A stretch of DNA of 64,000 nucleotides from Anaeramoeba ignava BMAN (GCA_028826165.1 JAPDFW010000068.1:310001-374000); one strand, 5' to 3'. Shown: positions 1 to 12,513, numbered from the stretch's first letter. The notes: generated by a model from the letters alone, not told the origin. Program-made: numbers and translations.

Positions 1-58
1 TATTTCAAAAATTTATTTAAAAAATTTATTTATATATTTATTTAAAAATTTATTTTAG

Positions 59-3000
59 TTTCTCGAAACTCAATCTCCACGTGAAATTAATATAAATAAT
101 ATTGTGAAAAAAAAAATTATACAAAAAATGGAAGAAGGAAAATTTATCCCTGATCTTTTTACTGAAGCAGCTGATTTGATTAGAAATTTAATGAAAACAG
201 ATTCTTATTCAAAATTTGCAAAATCAAGTTATTATCCTCAATTAATAGAAGATTGGAGAAGAATCAAAAACGGACAAAAACCAATTGGACCACAAACAAA
301 AAGAGACACAATTTTTCAAACGATTTATTCTCGAGAAAAAAACTATATGGATTCATTATCAAAACTTTATGATTTTGTAATAAAACCAATACAAAAGGAA
401 ATTGGAAAAATCATCAATTCTGAAATTTTTGATAAAATTTTTAAAGATATTATTGGAGTGTATAATTTCAGCAAAAATTTCTTCACTGAATTAACAAGCA
501 AAATGGCATCTTGGAATTATGAAACTTGTATTGGAGATTTATTCCTAGAAAAATTGTCGTTATTGTTTCCTGTTTATCAACAATATTTTTCGCATTTAAA
601 TATTATAACGGAAAATTATCAACAATTATTATCTACAAAAAATTTCCAAAAATTTATGAAAGCAATTGAATTAAATACGGGAATGGAAGTCGTAAAAATG
701 TTGAAAATTCCGATGAAAAAATTGGATGAATATCGAACCTCGATAACGGAATTAAAAGACGCAACAAACGAAGATCATCCAGACAAAACCAATCTGGACA
801 AGCTTTCACTTCGTCTTCTCAATATCACTCAAAATATTCAGCAAAACAAAGTATTGGACATCACTTTAGACAAAAAAACAACAGAATTATTTTCGAAAAT
901 GAATTTGACGAGAATGGACATTGGGAAAGTTATTCAATATCCGCACAATCCCGAAATGAATGAAAAAATCATACAAATATTCCTGTTTAAAAATGCCATT
1001 TCTTGGTGTTTTTGTTTGCGCGGATCAGACAAATTCACGTTGGATTACATTTCTCCTCTTAATTTTGTATGGATTTCTGATTGGAGCCAAAATCAACAAT
1101 TTGGAAGACAAAAAAAAATGAAAAGCAAAAGTATGATAATCACCAAATTATCACAATTTGTGATCAAAACACCCGATCGTTTTATTGAGTTGGAAATTCC
1201 GAACAAACAAGAATTCATTTCGGATTTTTATAATAATTTATGCGAAGAATTCTCGATGAGAATGGAAGATATTTTGCAAGATAAGGAAAGAGTGTTCACA
1301 TATCCGTATCGGAATTTGACAAAACACACAGGAGCGTTTATCAAGGCAACCCCCACAGGAAGAAGCAAAGTGGAGTATCCAAATGGAACTATTTTTGAAG
1401 GAGAATATGTTGATGGAAAAAAAGAAGGAAAAGGAATAATCAAATTTTCAATTGGAGATGTTTTAGTTTCTTTTTGGAAAAATGGGCTTCCAAATGGAGA
1501 CACTGTTTTGACTGATCCTTCAGGAAAAAAATATCAAGGAATGTTTGTGGATGGAAAAAGAGAAGGCGAGGGTGAGTTTATTGATATTGATGGCACTATT
1601 TATCAAGGAGAATTTAAAAATAATATGTTTCATGGCGATGGAACAATTGAATTTTCTGATGGAACTAAATTTATTGGTACTTTTCAATTTAATTCAAGAG
1701 AAGGTTTTGGAAAGTTTATTGAAAATGAGAATTGTTATTATGAAGGTAATTGGGAAAATGATATGAGAAATGGATTTGGAAAGCAAGTTTTTAATAATGG
1801 TGAAATTTATGAAGGACAATGGATGAATGATATGGTAAAGAGATGATAAAATCAATTTATTAAATTAAAATTCATTTATAAAATTAAAATCAATTTATAA
1901 AAATTAATTTATAAAATTAAAATTTATTTATAAAATTAAAATCAATTTATAAAAATTCATTTATAAAATTAAAATTTATTTATAAAATTAAAATTAAAAT
2001 TAAAATTAATTTATAAAATTAAAATTCATTTATAAAATTAATTTATAAAATTAAAATTAAAATTAATTTATAAAATTAAAATTCATTTATAAAATTAAAA
2101 TTCATTTATAAAATTAAAATTAAAATTAAAATTAAAATCAAAATTAAAATTAAAAAAGAAACATGGAAAAGGCAAATTAATTTCAAATCAAGAATATTAT
2201 GATGGAAATTGGGAATATAATTGTAAAAATGGAAAAGGATTAATGGTTTGGAAAGATACAAAATGGTATGATGGAGAATGGAAAAATAATTTAAGACATG
2301 GAAATGGTATTTATGTTAATGGAAACTATAAATATACTGGAAGTTGGGAAAATAATCTCCCAAATGGAAAAGGTGAACTTACTTATTATGCTCGTCCTTT
2401 ACAAAATAATTTTTCTCAGAATGATTTAATTCTTGATGAAAAAGAACCAGAAGTTATTGAAAAAATTATTGGTAATTTTACAAATGGAAAACCAAACCAT
2501 CAAGTTAAATATTATTTTCCAAAAAGATATCGATTTGAAGGCGAAATGAATATGGGAAAGGTGAATAAAATTAATTTACAAAATTAAAATTCATTTATAA
2601 AATCAAAATTATAATTAAAATTAAAATTAAAATTAAAATCAAAATTAAAATTAAAATTAAAATTAAAATTCAAATTAAAATTAAAATCAAAATTAAAATT
2701 ATAATTAAAATTAAAATTCATTTATAAAATTAAAATTATAATTAAAATTAAAATTAAAATTAAAATTATAATTAAAATTAAAATTAAAATTAAAATTAAA
2801 ATTATAATTAAAATTAAAATTAAAATTAAAATTATAATTAAAATTAAAATTAAAATTTAAATTTAAAAAGAAAAATGGAGAAGGAACATTATTTTTTGAT
2901 AATGGAGGAAAAGCAACATTATATTGGAATCAAGAAATACCAAATTATGAAAAAAGTACGAAAATGGAATTCATTTCAAAAACAGGATTATTTAGATTAA

Positions 3001-3170
3001 ATTATGATCCATCAGGAGCAGTTTCTGAACATGTAACAATTAGAAAAGAAGAAAATAATACAATATTTGAAAGACAAAGAGATGATACAGTTCAAAGAAT
3101 AAGTGAACATTTTGATCAATGGTTAATTCCTCATCATTTATCTTTTATTAATCAATGCAATTGGTTTTAA
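59..3170 (+). CDS. RGS + RhoGEF (DH-PH) + MORN-repeat protein (alsin-like C-terminal half), 5' partial; exons 59-1834, 2159-2560, 2871-3170
   Basis: After the acceptor TTTTAG (58) the frame reads FLETQSPREINI...FTEA...LMKTDSYSKFAKS, the RGS C-terminal signature. A DH helix (IYSREKNYMDSL), a PH-like region and many YxGxWxNxxxxGxG MORN repeats follow. GT-AG introns 1835-2158 and 2561-2870 join the MORN repeats in frame. Confidence 0.85.
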
Positions 3171-3600
3171 TTTGGATTTGATTTGATTTAATTTGATTTT
3201 AATTTGGTTTAATTTGGTTTAATTTGATTTGATTTAATTTTAATTTGATTTAATTTGGATTTTGTTTTTGATTTAATTAAATTTAATTAAATTTTAATTT
3301 GAATTTGATTTGATTTGATTTTGATTTGATTTTGAATTAAATTTAATTTGATTTAATTTGATTTAATTTGATTTGATTTGATTTGATTTGATTTGATTTG
3401 ATTTGATTTGATTTTAATTTGATTTGATTTGATTTGATTTGATTTTAATTTGATTTGATTTTAATTTGGATTTTGTTTTTGATTTAATTAAATTTAATTT
3501 GATTTAATTTGATTTGATTTGATTTGATTTGATTTGATTTTGATTTGATTTAATTTGATTTGATTTGATTTGATTTGATTTAATTTGGATTTGTTTTGAT
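3171..3600. repeat. (ATTTG)n/(ATTTA)n pentamer microsatellite, intergenic
   Basis: Directly visible imperfect ATTTG run. Confidence 0.9.
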
Positions 3601-3891
3601 TTTAATTTTAAAAGTTAAATAAAAAGTAAAAGAAATTTTTGCTTTTTTTATTAATTTTTTTGGTGAATTTTCGCAATTTAAATTTTTGATTTGTTTTTTT
3701 GTTTTAAATTAAATTTTTGATTTGTTTTTTTGTTTTAAATTAAATTTTTGATTTGTTTTGTTTTAATTTAAAATTTTTTGTGTTTTTTTTTCGTTATTTT
3801 TTTATTTTTCATTTTTTATTTTTCATTTTTTTCTTTTCAATTATTATTTTTTTATTCTTTTTAAAATATTTTATTTTTTCCACAAATAAAA

Positions 3892-5712
3892 ATGAACATT
3901 AATTTAAATGAAATAATTGTGAATCAACAACCAAATCAAAATATATCAACACGAACATTTCGAACAATAACAGAAGCATTAAAAGAAGCAAAAGCAGGAG
4001 AAATAATAAAAATAATGGCAGGAAACTACAAAGAAAGCATTGTCATCACACAACCAGGGATAATGCTGACAGGACCAGATGATCCAAACGAGGAAGTTAT
4101 TGTAGAAAACAATAACGAGAAAAGCACGATCATTTTCAATTCAGTTTCGGCAAGAATTTCAAAAATCACGATCAAGTTTTCGAACGAGAACGAAAATTCA
4201 GATCAAATTTCAGATTCTCTAAGAACACAAGAGTTCTCAACATTTATGAGTAAACAAAGTACACGGTCAAAAGGCGTAGATGACGAAAATACAAGCAACA
4301 AGCCAAGTGTGTATTCCCAGTTTCCGAGCAGGGCAAATGACTCGGATTTTGAGAAGGGTTTTGGAAGACAAGGAACGAACAGTAAATTCAGCACAAGCAT
4401 TGCAGCAGAAAAACTAAGCAACATCAACACGGGCGGTAATGCCAATGGAGGGATTATTCTAGACGACTCTGAAAGCGAGCAAGATGACGAAAATAATCTC
4501 GACCAAAAAAGTGTCATCCAAATGAACATACAAGAACAGCATAAGGGGTTCTTGAATATCCAGCGCGAATCCGATTCGGAGGATTCTGACGACAACATCA
4601 GTGTTGTGCTTAATATAAAAAGAGACTATCCAAAACGATATGAGAAGCCAAAATTGTTTAGACGCGTAAGATTCCACAAATCCGCTATTTTGGCGAGATC
4701 AGGAAAATTGCAAATTGATTCATGCAAGATTTACTCAAGCACTTATGGCATCGTTGTGGAGAGAAATTCCAGCGTTGTTCTAAGAAGCAACAAGTTTCTC
4801 GGATGCAAAAAAACCGCTGTTTTGTTTAATAACTCAAAAAACTCAACAATCCAAAATAATTTCATTTCCAAATGTTTTCATGGGATTGATTTGTTCGATT
4901 GCGAAAATATCAAAATTTCAAGCAATAAAATAGGCAACTGCGAAAATGGAATATTTTCTACTGGCGGAGGAATGTTTAAAATTGAGCAGAACGACATTTT
5001 CCAAAATAACACAAATGGAATCGAAATTCAAAATCAATCGAATCCATCAATTATTTCAAACACGATATTTAAAAATGGACTTGGAATAAGCATCTCAAAA
5101 AACGGTCTCTCAGTGATATCACGGAATGAGATCGAAAGCAACAAAACGGGCATCAAAATCGCGGATGAAAGCAGTCCCGTTATTTCAGAAAACAAGATCT
5201 TTTCAAATTCAGAAACAGGGATTTTTATCACAAATAAAGGCCAAGGAACAGTCAAAAAAAATACCATCTTTTCAAACAACTCAAACGGAATCGAGATTGT
5301 CAATTATTCGCAGCCACTTGTCAGCAACAATGAAATATACAAGAACAAGAAAAACGGCTGCGCAATTTTAAACAATGGAAATGGATCTTTTGACAAAAAT
5401 GATATTTATGAAAATAATTTTTCGGGAATTGCCATTCAGGACAGTTCTAATCCAACAATCACTAATTGTACCGTTAGAAATAACCAAGAATCTGGAATTG
5501 TTATATTCGCAAATAGCAGTGGAATCATCCAAAAATGTGCAATTTTTGAAAATCATTTGTATGGAATCATGATTGATCATGAATGCACCCCAAATATTCA
5601 ACAAAATATCATCTCTGCAAATAAAAAAGGTGCTATTCAAGCTCTTTCAGGAAGCAAAGCTAAATTATCTGATAATGAAATGAAAAAAGATGCTAATTGT
5701 AATTTGATGTAA
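3892..5712 (+). CDS. Right-handed parallel beta-helix (PbH1/CASH, FBXO11-like repeats but no F-box) protein with C-terminal CaaX (CNLM)
   Basis: Intronless 606-aa ORF. N-terminal FRTITEAL...GxYxESI cap, an acidic insert, then many IxxNxIxxNxxxGIxI repeats; ends KKDANCNLM-stop. Confidence 0.85.
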   Translation: MNINLNEIIVNQQPNQNISTRTFRTITEALKEAKAGEIIKIMAGNYKESIVITQPGIMLTGPDDPNEEVIVENNNEKSTIIFNSVSARISKITIKFSNENENSDQISDSLRTQEFSTFMSKQSTRSKGVDDENTSNKPSVYSQFPSRANDSDFEKGFGRQGTNSKFSTSIAAEKLSNINTGGNANGGIILDDSESEQDDENNLDQKSVIQMNIQEQHKGFLNIQRESDSEDSDDNISVVLNIKRDYPKRYEKPKLFRRVRFHKSAILARSGKLQIDSCKIYSSTYGIVVERNSSVVLRSNKFLGCKKTAVLFNNSKNSTIQNNFISKCFHGIDLFDCENIKISSNKIGNCENGIFSTGGGMFKIEQNDIFQNNTNGIEIQNQSNPSIISNTIFKNGLGISISKNGLSVISRNEIESNKTGIKIADESSPVISENKIFSNSETGIFITNKGQGTVKKNTIFSNNSNGIEIVNYSQPLVSNNEIYKNKKNGCAILNNGNGSFDKNDIYENNFSGIAIQDSSNPTITNCTVRNNQESGIVIFANSSGIIQKCAIFENHLYGIMIDHECTPNIQQNIISANKKGAIQALSGSKAKLSDNEMKKDANCNLM

Positions 5713-5884
5713 ACACTGTCATTTCGACTTGGAAATCTAAATTCCCAAAAAAAAAATTTACACAAAAAAAAAATTCACAAATTTCTTACTTTAATTAATT
5801 GGTTATAGTTATTTTTGTTTTTTTTTTTTTCCATTTGTTTATTTTCTTGTTTTTTCTTATGGTGTTTTGATACAAAAAATGAAG

Positions 5885-6655
5885 AAATCAAATTCAAAAT
5901 CAAAATCAAAATCAAAATCAAAATCAAATTCAAAATCAAAATCAAAATTCAAAATCAAAATTCAATATGAAAATTAAAATTCAATTCAAAATCAAAATTC
6001 AAAATCAAAATCAAAATCAAAATCAAAATCAAAATCAAAATTGAAATTCAAAATCAAATTTAAATTCAAATTCAAAATCAAAATCAAAATCAAAATCAAA
6101 ATCAAGATCAAATTCAAAATCAAAATTAAAATGAAAATGAAAATGAAAATGAAAATGAAAATGAAAATGAAAATCAAAATCAAATTCAAATTCAAAATCA
6201 AAATCAAAATTAAAATGAAATTTAAAATCAATTTCAAATTCAAAATGAAAATCAATTTCAAAATCAAAATCAAATTTAAAATCAAAATCAAAATCAAAAT
6301 TAAAATGAAATTTAAAATCAATTTCAAAATGAAAATGAAAATCAATTTCAAAATCAAAATCAAAATCAAAATCAAAATCAAAATCAAAATGAAAATGAAA
6401 ATGAAAATCAAAATCAAATTTAAAATGAAAATGAAAATGAAAATGAAAATCAAAATCAAATTTAAAATCAATTTCAAAATTCAAATTCAAAATCAAATTG
6501 AAAATGAAAATGAAAATCAAAATCAAAATCAAATTCAAAATTAAAATTAAAATCAAAATCAATTTCAAAATCAAAATCAAAATCAAAATCAAAATCAAAA
6601 TCAAAATCAAAATCAAAATCAAAATCAAAATTAAAATTGAAATTAAAATTAAATT
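5885..6655. repeat. Non-coding AAAAT(C/G/T) hexamer microsatellite between convergent genes
   Basis: Visible hexamer run; it generates the spurious ORFs at 5992-6782. Confidence 0.9.
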
Positions 6656-6662
6656 GAAAGAA

Positions 6663-8040
6663 TTATTTTTCTTGTTCATCTTTATTGATAATTTCATTTT
6701 CTTGTTCAAATCTAATATAATTAATATTATCAAAATTTGCTTGATTTTCAACAGAAATTTTCAATTTCGAAAATTCTTCTAAAGAACAAACTTTTATAAT
6801 AGGATATTCAATGATTGTTTTAAATCTCAAATTGTATTGAATTGATTTTTTTGGTTCTAATTCAAAAAAAGCAGGATCATTTGCCTTATTTTTTTTTTAA
6901 TGAATTTTGATTGATTTTGATTTATTTTTTTTTTGATTTGAACAAAAATAAGAAAAATAAGAAAAATAAGAAAGTTTGTTCAATTGATTTTAAATTAAAA
7001 AATATTTTTTTTTACAGGTCTTTCTTCTTGTTTTATCAAAAATTTAAATTTATCTAAATTTTCAATAATTTGATTTTTTGATTTAATTTCTTGTTGTTTT
7101 TCAAGTGCATTTTTAAATACAATTTCTAATTCTAAATTTTCATCAATTCTTGATTTTTTTTGATTTTTTTTTTTGTAAATGAAAAAAAGTGGAACAAAAT
7201 TTATTTTTTCTTTTTTAAAAAAAAATCTTACTTATGTAAAAGAAATTTTGATTCTTCAATTTCAAAACAAATTGTCCAAAAAATTTTGTTTAATTTTTTG
7301 TTTAAATTTGTTTGATTTTCTTTTCTTTTTTTCATAGAAGAAGGAAGAATTAATAAACGAATTTGTTGATTTTGTGCTTTTTTTATAAGTTTTTGAAGAA
7401 AAAATGGTAATTTTCTGATTTGATTATTTGGTTTTGATTTAAGAGTTTTTTGTCTTTTCATAACAAATTCACATTCTTCAAGGAAATTAATATCTAAAAA
7501 ATTAAAATTAAAATTTAAAAATTAAAATCGGATAAAAATTAAAATTAAATTAAAATTAAAAATTAAAATTAAAATTTAAAAATTAAAATCAAAATTAAAA
7601 TTAAAATTAAAATTAAAATTAAAATTAAAATTAAAATTAAAATTTAAAATTAAAATTAAAATTAAAATTAATATTAAAATTAAAATTAAAAATCAAAATT
7701 TAAAATTAAAATTAAAATTAAAATTCAAATTAAAATTAAAATTAATATCAAAATTCAAATTAAAATTAAAATTAAAATTTAAAATCAAAATTAAAATTAA
7801 AATTAAAATTTAAAATTAAATTTCTTGTTAAAATGATTTGAGATTTCTACCACTAAAAAAATTATTTTCATCAAAATTTTTTAAAGAAATATAATCTGTT
7901 TTTGATCTTTTTCCTGAACAATTAAATTTTGCTTTATGTTCTTGATAACATTTTAAACTACAAGTATGCATTCCACAACTAGGACAAGTATATTTAGATT
8001 TTTCTTGACAAATTTCACAAATAAATTTATTTTCAGACAT
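6663..8040 (-). CDS. BCD1: Box C/D snoRNP assembly factor BCD1/ZNHIT6; exons 8040-7851, 7493-7232, 7148-7016, 6884-6663
   Basis: N-terminal zf-HIT (CEIC...YTCPSC...CSLKCYQEHK...CSGKR), then SD|INFLEE across intron 1 and a C-terminal LRFKTIIEYP motif. Three GT-AG introns give one continuous frame ending in TAA at 6663-6665. Confidence 0.88.
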
Positions 8041-8146
8041 TTTATAAAAAAAAATAATTGAAAAATGAAAAATGAAAAATGAAAAATGAAAAATGAATAA
8101 TGAATAAAATTTTTTTTCATTTTTTTCTTTTTTGAAAAATTTAAAA
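8041..8146. promoter_or_regulatory. 106-bp bidirectional promoter (BCD1 / RCC1-BTB) with oppositely oriented TTTCATTT Inr-like motifs
   Basis: Head-to-head ATGs at 8040 (-) and 8147 (+). (TGAAAAA)x5 at 8059-8093 faces BCD1; TTTTCATTTT at ~8114-8123 faces RCC1-BTB. Confidence 0.5.
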
Positions 8147-9994
8147 ATGAATTTATTTGATAATCAAAAGAATGAAATTATATTTTTTGGAAGAAATGAA
8201 TATCCAACATTTTATAAAAATAAATCAAATGAAATTAAAAATCCAATTCAATTTAAATTTGAAAATGAAAATGAAAATGAAAATGAAAATGAAAAAGAAA
8301 ATGAAAATGAAAATGAAAAACAAATTAAACAAATTTTATCAGGAAAACTTTCAATAGTTTTCCTTTTTAAAAATGGAAAAGCAATAGAATATTTAAGAAA
8401 TTCAAATTCAAACCAAAAACCTCAAAAAATTGAAATGAAGAAAATTCAAAAAGTATCTGTTGGTTGGCAAAATGAAGCTATTTTAACTTCAGAAGGAAAT
8501 GTACTTGTAAAAGGTGAAAGCATTAGCTTTGATTATCCAAATCAATTTATCAATATTTCATCATTAATTGAAGATCCAAATGATAGAACAATTCAAGATA
8601 TTGTTTCTGGATACAGTTCAATTTACTTATTAACTTCAAATCATAATGTTTATGGAATTGGTTCAAATGAATATGGTCAACTTGGTTTTGATTCTGATTC
8701 ATTGTATCAAAAAACAGAAAAACCAATTTTAATGATGAAAAATGTTTCTAAAATATTTTCAGGAAATTCTTCAAAATGCGTTTTTCTTTTAAATTCAAAT
8801 CAAGAATTATTTGGATGTGGATATAATCAATATGATCAAATTGGATTAGGGAAATCATTTATAGGTGCGAAAATCAAAAAATTAACCAAAATTCCAAATA
8901 TTCCAAAAGGTAAAATAATTGATATTAAATGTGGAGCTGCTTATTCAATAATGCTGATTGAAGATGAAAATGAAAATGAAAATCCAAAAAGAAAACTTTA
9001 TTCATGTGGAGAATATCGATTTAATGGACTTGGCAAAAATCTATATACTGACGAATTTACTGAAATCAAATCACCTTTATTTGAAAATGATAATATTCTT
9101 GATTTTTCTGTTACATACAATCATACTTTGATTTTAACTGAAAAAGGGAAATTAATAGGTTTCGGGAGTAACTGCTTTGGAGAATTAGGAATTGGAAATA
9201 CAGAAGATCAGAAAAATCCTATTCAAATTGAACTTCCTAAATTAAGATTTAATGAAGATATTTCTAATTATCATATTTATTGTGGTTATCATAGATCATT
9301 TCTTTATTATTCTCCTTCTTTTTCCAATCTTGAAGAAGATTTGATAAAATTATTTGGAAGAAAAGAATTTTGCAATATTTCATTTAAAACCGAAAATGGA
9401 GAAATAATCAAAGCTCATAAATTAATATTGAAATATAGATTAAAAGATCAAAATGAAAATCAAATTGAAAAACTTAAAGAAATTATTTCAAAAAAATCAA
9501 TTAAAGAATCAAATCAAATATTTGAAATGATTTATTCAAACAGAATAATAAATCCAAAATTATATTCAGAAATTAAAGAAATTATAAATTCAAATGAAAA
9601 AATTGAAGAAACAATGAAAAGAATTTATTTAAATGAAAATGAAAATAATTTTATTATTGAAAGAAAAGAAAAACAATATAAATTTCCTAAATTAATATTA
9701 ATAATGAGAAGTGAATTATATCGAGGAATGTTTTTATCTGTAACTGAAGATACTTCTAATAAAGTTACAGATTATAGTGAATTAAGTAATAAATCATTTC
9801 AAATATTTGAATATTGGATTTATTCAAATCAAATTAAAAAAGGAATTCAAATTACACAAGAAATAATTGATGAAATTAAAATTGGAATTGATTATTTTCA
9901 ATTAAATCAAACAAATCCAAATTTATTTGATTTATTAATTAGGAAATTTAAAAAACAACAAAGAAAGGCTTTATTTTCCATTTTATTCATATAA
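8147..9994 (+). CDS. RCC1/BLIP-II beta-propeller protein with two degenerate C-terminal BTB/POZ domains
   Basis: Repeats such as VYGIGSNEYGQLG, LFGCGYNQYDQIGLG and LIGFGSNCFGELGIG. C-terminal IKAHKLIL and FPKLILIMRSELYRGMF BTB motifs. First in-frame ATG at 8147. Confidence 0.88.
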   Translation: MNLFDNQKNEIIFFGRNEYPTFYKNKSNEIKNPIQFKFENENENENENEKENENENEKQIKQILSGKLSIVFLFKNGKAIEYLRNSNSNQKPQKIEMKKIQKVSVGWQNEAILTSEGNVLVKGESISFDYPNQFINISSLIEDPNDRTIQDIVSGYSSIYLLTSNHNVYGIGSNEYGQLGFDSDSLYQKTEKPILMMKNVSKIFSGNSSKCVFLLNSNQELFGCGYNQYDQIGLGKSFIGAKIKKLTKIPNIPKGKIIDIKCGAAYSIMLIEDENENENPKRKLYSCGEYRFNGLGKNLYTDEFTEIKSPLFENDNILDFSVTYNHTLILTEKGKLIGFGSNCFGELGIGNTEDQKNPIQIELPKLRFNEDISNYHIYCGYHRSFLYYSPSFSNLEEDLIKLFGRKEFCNISFKTENGEIIKAHKLILKYRLKDQNENQIEKLKEIISKKSIKESNQIFEMIYSNRIINPKLYSEIKEIINSNEKIEETMKRIYLNENENNFIIERKEKQYKFPKLILIMRSELYRGMFLSVTEDTSNKVTDYSELSNKSFQIFEYWIYSNQIKKGIQITQEIIDEIKIGIDYFQLNQTNPNLFDLLIRKFKKQQRKALFSILFI

Positions 9995-10178
9995 TTTCTT
10001 TTCTTTTTCTTTTTCTTTTTCTTTTTAAAAAATTAAAACAAATTATTTTTTTTCATTTTTTTCATTTCAATAAAAAAAAGAAATTTCAATTTAGCAAATA
10101 TTTTTTATAAATAAATTATTATAAAAACAAATTTACTTTAATTATTAAATTCAAATTATATTCCAAAAAAGAAAAAAA

Positions 10179-12513
10179 ATGAATAAATCATCTCAATTTC
10201 AAAATGAAAATGAAAATCAAAATCAAAATGAAAATCAAAATGAAAATCAAAATGAAAATCAATTTGAAAATGAAAATCAAAATCAATTTGAAAATCAAAA
10301 TCAAAATCAATTTCAAAATGAAAATGAAAATCAAAATCAAAATCAAAATAAAAATCAAAATGAAAATCAAAATCAAAATCAAAATCAAAATCAAAATCAA
10401 AATCAAAATCAAAATCAATTTCAAAATGAAAATGAAAATCAAAATCAAAATGAAAATGAAAATCAAAATCAAAATCAAAATGAAAATCAAAATCAAAATC
10501 AAAATCAAAACCAAAATGAAAATGAAAATGAAAATCAATTTGAAAATCAAAATCAAAATCAAAATGAAAATGAAAATGAAAATGTTGAAAAAAATAGATT
10601 AGAAATGGAACAAACAATTTTACAAAATTTTGTAAATAAAACTTCAAATATAGATGAAAGTAAATTATTTATTATTCATTATTTATTTCAATAAAAAAAA
10701 TAAATCAAATATTAAAATTGTAAATTAAAAAATTATATTTTTTCTTTTATAAAAAATTTTAATTGAAAAAAAACAAACAAACAAATTAAAAGAATCAATT
10801 GAAGAAATAATTAAATTGATGGAAAAATATCCAAATAATGAAAATATTCAAGAAAAAGGATTTATTATTTTACAAAAATTTATACAAGAAAAAAATCAAG
10901 GTAAAAATTATTAATTTCTTTTTTTTTTAAACAAATTTAAACAAAATCTAAACAAAATCTAAATAAATCTAAAGAAAATCGAGATAAAATGAGAGAATTA
11001 AAAGGAATTGAAGCAATTATTAAATTAATGATTAATATCCCAAATAATGAAGATATCGAAAATAATGATGAATATAAAGAATTAATGAATACTGCTTTTC
11101 AAGATCAACGTAATAATAATAATAATAATAACAATAATAACAATAACAATAATGAAAAGAAGATTCAAATTAAATCCAAAATTAAAAAGAAATAAAAACT
11201 CCAAAAGGAATTGAAACAATTATTAAATTAATGAATAATTTCCCAAATAATGAAAATATTCAAGAAAATGGATTTGAAATTTTAGCAGATACTTCTTTTG
11301 ATAATAAAAGTAAATTCAACCCAAAAATTTAATAATTTTTATAATCCAAAAAATAAATATTAAAAAATCAAAATAAAGAAAATCAAAATGAAATAAGAAT
11401 TTTAAAAGGAATTGAAACAATTATTAAATCAATGAATAATTTTCCAAATAATGAAAATATTCAAGAAAAAGGATGTGGAGCTTTATGGAATATTTCTAAT
11501 GATAATAAAAGTAAATTCAATCCAAAAATTTAATAATTTTTATAATCCAAAAAATATTAAAAAATCAAAATAAAGAAAATCAAAATGAAATAAGAATTTT
11601 AAAAGGAATTGAATCAATTATTAAATTAATGAATAATTTCCCAAATAATGAAGATATTCAAGAAAATGGATGTGGAGCTTTATGGAGTATTTCTAATGAT
11701 AATCAAAGTAAATCCAAAAATTTAATAACTTTAAAATCCAAAAAATAAATATTAAAAAATCAAAATAAAGAAAATCAAAATGAAATAAGAATTTTAAAAG
11801 GAATTGAAACAATTATTAAATCAATGAACAATTTCCCAAATAATGAAAATATTCAAGAAAATGGATGTGGAGCTTTATGGAGTATTTCTAATGATAATAA
11901 AAGTAAATTAAATTCAAAAATTTAATAATTTTTATAATCCAAAAAATAAATATTAAAAAATCAAAATAAAAAGAAAATCAAAATGAAATAAGAATTTTAA
12001 AAGGAATTGAAACAATTATTAAATCAATGAATAATTTCCCAAATAATGAAGATATTCAATATCAAGGATGTGGAGCTTTATGGAATATTTCTAATGATAA
12101 TCAAAGTAAATCCAATCCAAAAATTTAATAACTTTAAAATCCAAAAAATAAATATTAAAAAATCAAAATAAAAAGAAAATCAAAATGAAATAAGAATTTT
12201 AAAAGGAATTGAATCAATTATTAAATCAATGAATAATTTCCCAAATAATGAAAATATTCAAGAAAATGGATGTGAAGCTTTATTAAGTATTTCTAATGAT
12301 AATAAAAGTAAAAAATTAAAATCAAAAAATCCAAAAATTAAATTAAATTTAAATTAATTTAAATAAAACTCTTTCTTCTTTTAAAAAAAAAATAAAGAAA
12401 ACCAAGAAATAATCAAAACATTAAATGGAATCAATATTATTAAAAAAGCAATAGAAAATTTTCTTGATAATGAAAATATTCAAGAAAAAATAAATTTTAT
12501 AGATGAAATTTAA
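10179..12513 (+). CDS. Armadillo-repeat protein with QN/EN-rich N-terminus, 10 exons: 10179-10659, 10793-10900, 10975-11109, 11190-11309, 11379-11510, 11576-11707, 11771-11902, 11974-12105, 12176-12307, 12398-12513
   Basis: Nine phase-1 GT-AG introns join exons encoding ENQNEIRILKGIETIIKSMNNFPNNENIQEKGCGALWNISNDN-type ARM repeats; TAA at 12511-12513. Largely missed by the ORF track. Confidence 0.82.
11310..12307 (+). repeat. Five tandem ~195-203 bp units, each one intron (63-71 bp) plus one 132-bp ARM exon
   Basis: Near-identical introns (GTAAAT...CCAAAAATTTAATAA...TCCAAAAAATAAATATTAAAAAATCAAAATAAAG) alternate with near-identical exons. Confidence 0.9.

Noticed and set aside
5738-5756. Shared AAATTCCCAAAAAAA in the 3' regions of both CaaX genes (also ~44545-44560)
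   Set aside because: Only two low-complexity occurrences, which cannot be told from chance.
5992-6782. Long ORFs of IL/KI/FD/YI dipeptides (also ~10156-10647, 30360-30792, 31544-31826, 37482-38707, 39693-39935, 43457-43780, 47287-47613, 51388-51705, 58287-58734, 60172-60480)
   Set aside because: They are stop-free frames of hexamer microsatellites or antisense/off-frame readings of real QN/EN coding runs; they have no domain content.
11310-12307. Possible non-coding satellite or repeat-spacer array
   Set aside because: The units resolve into GT-AG introns plus 132-bp in-frame ARM exons.
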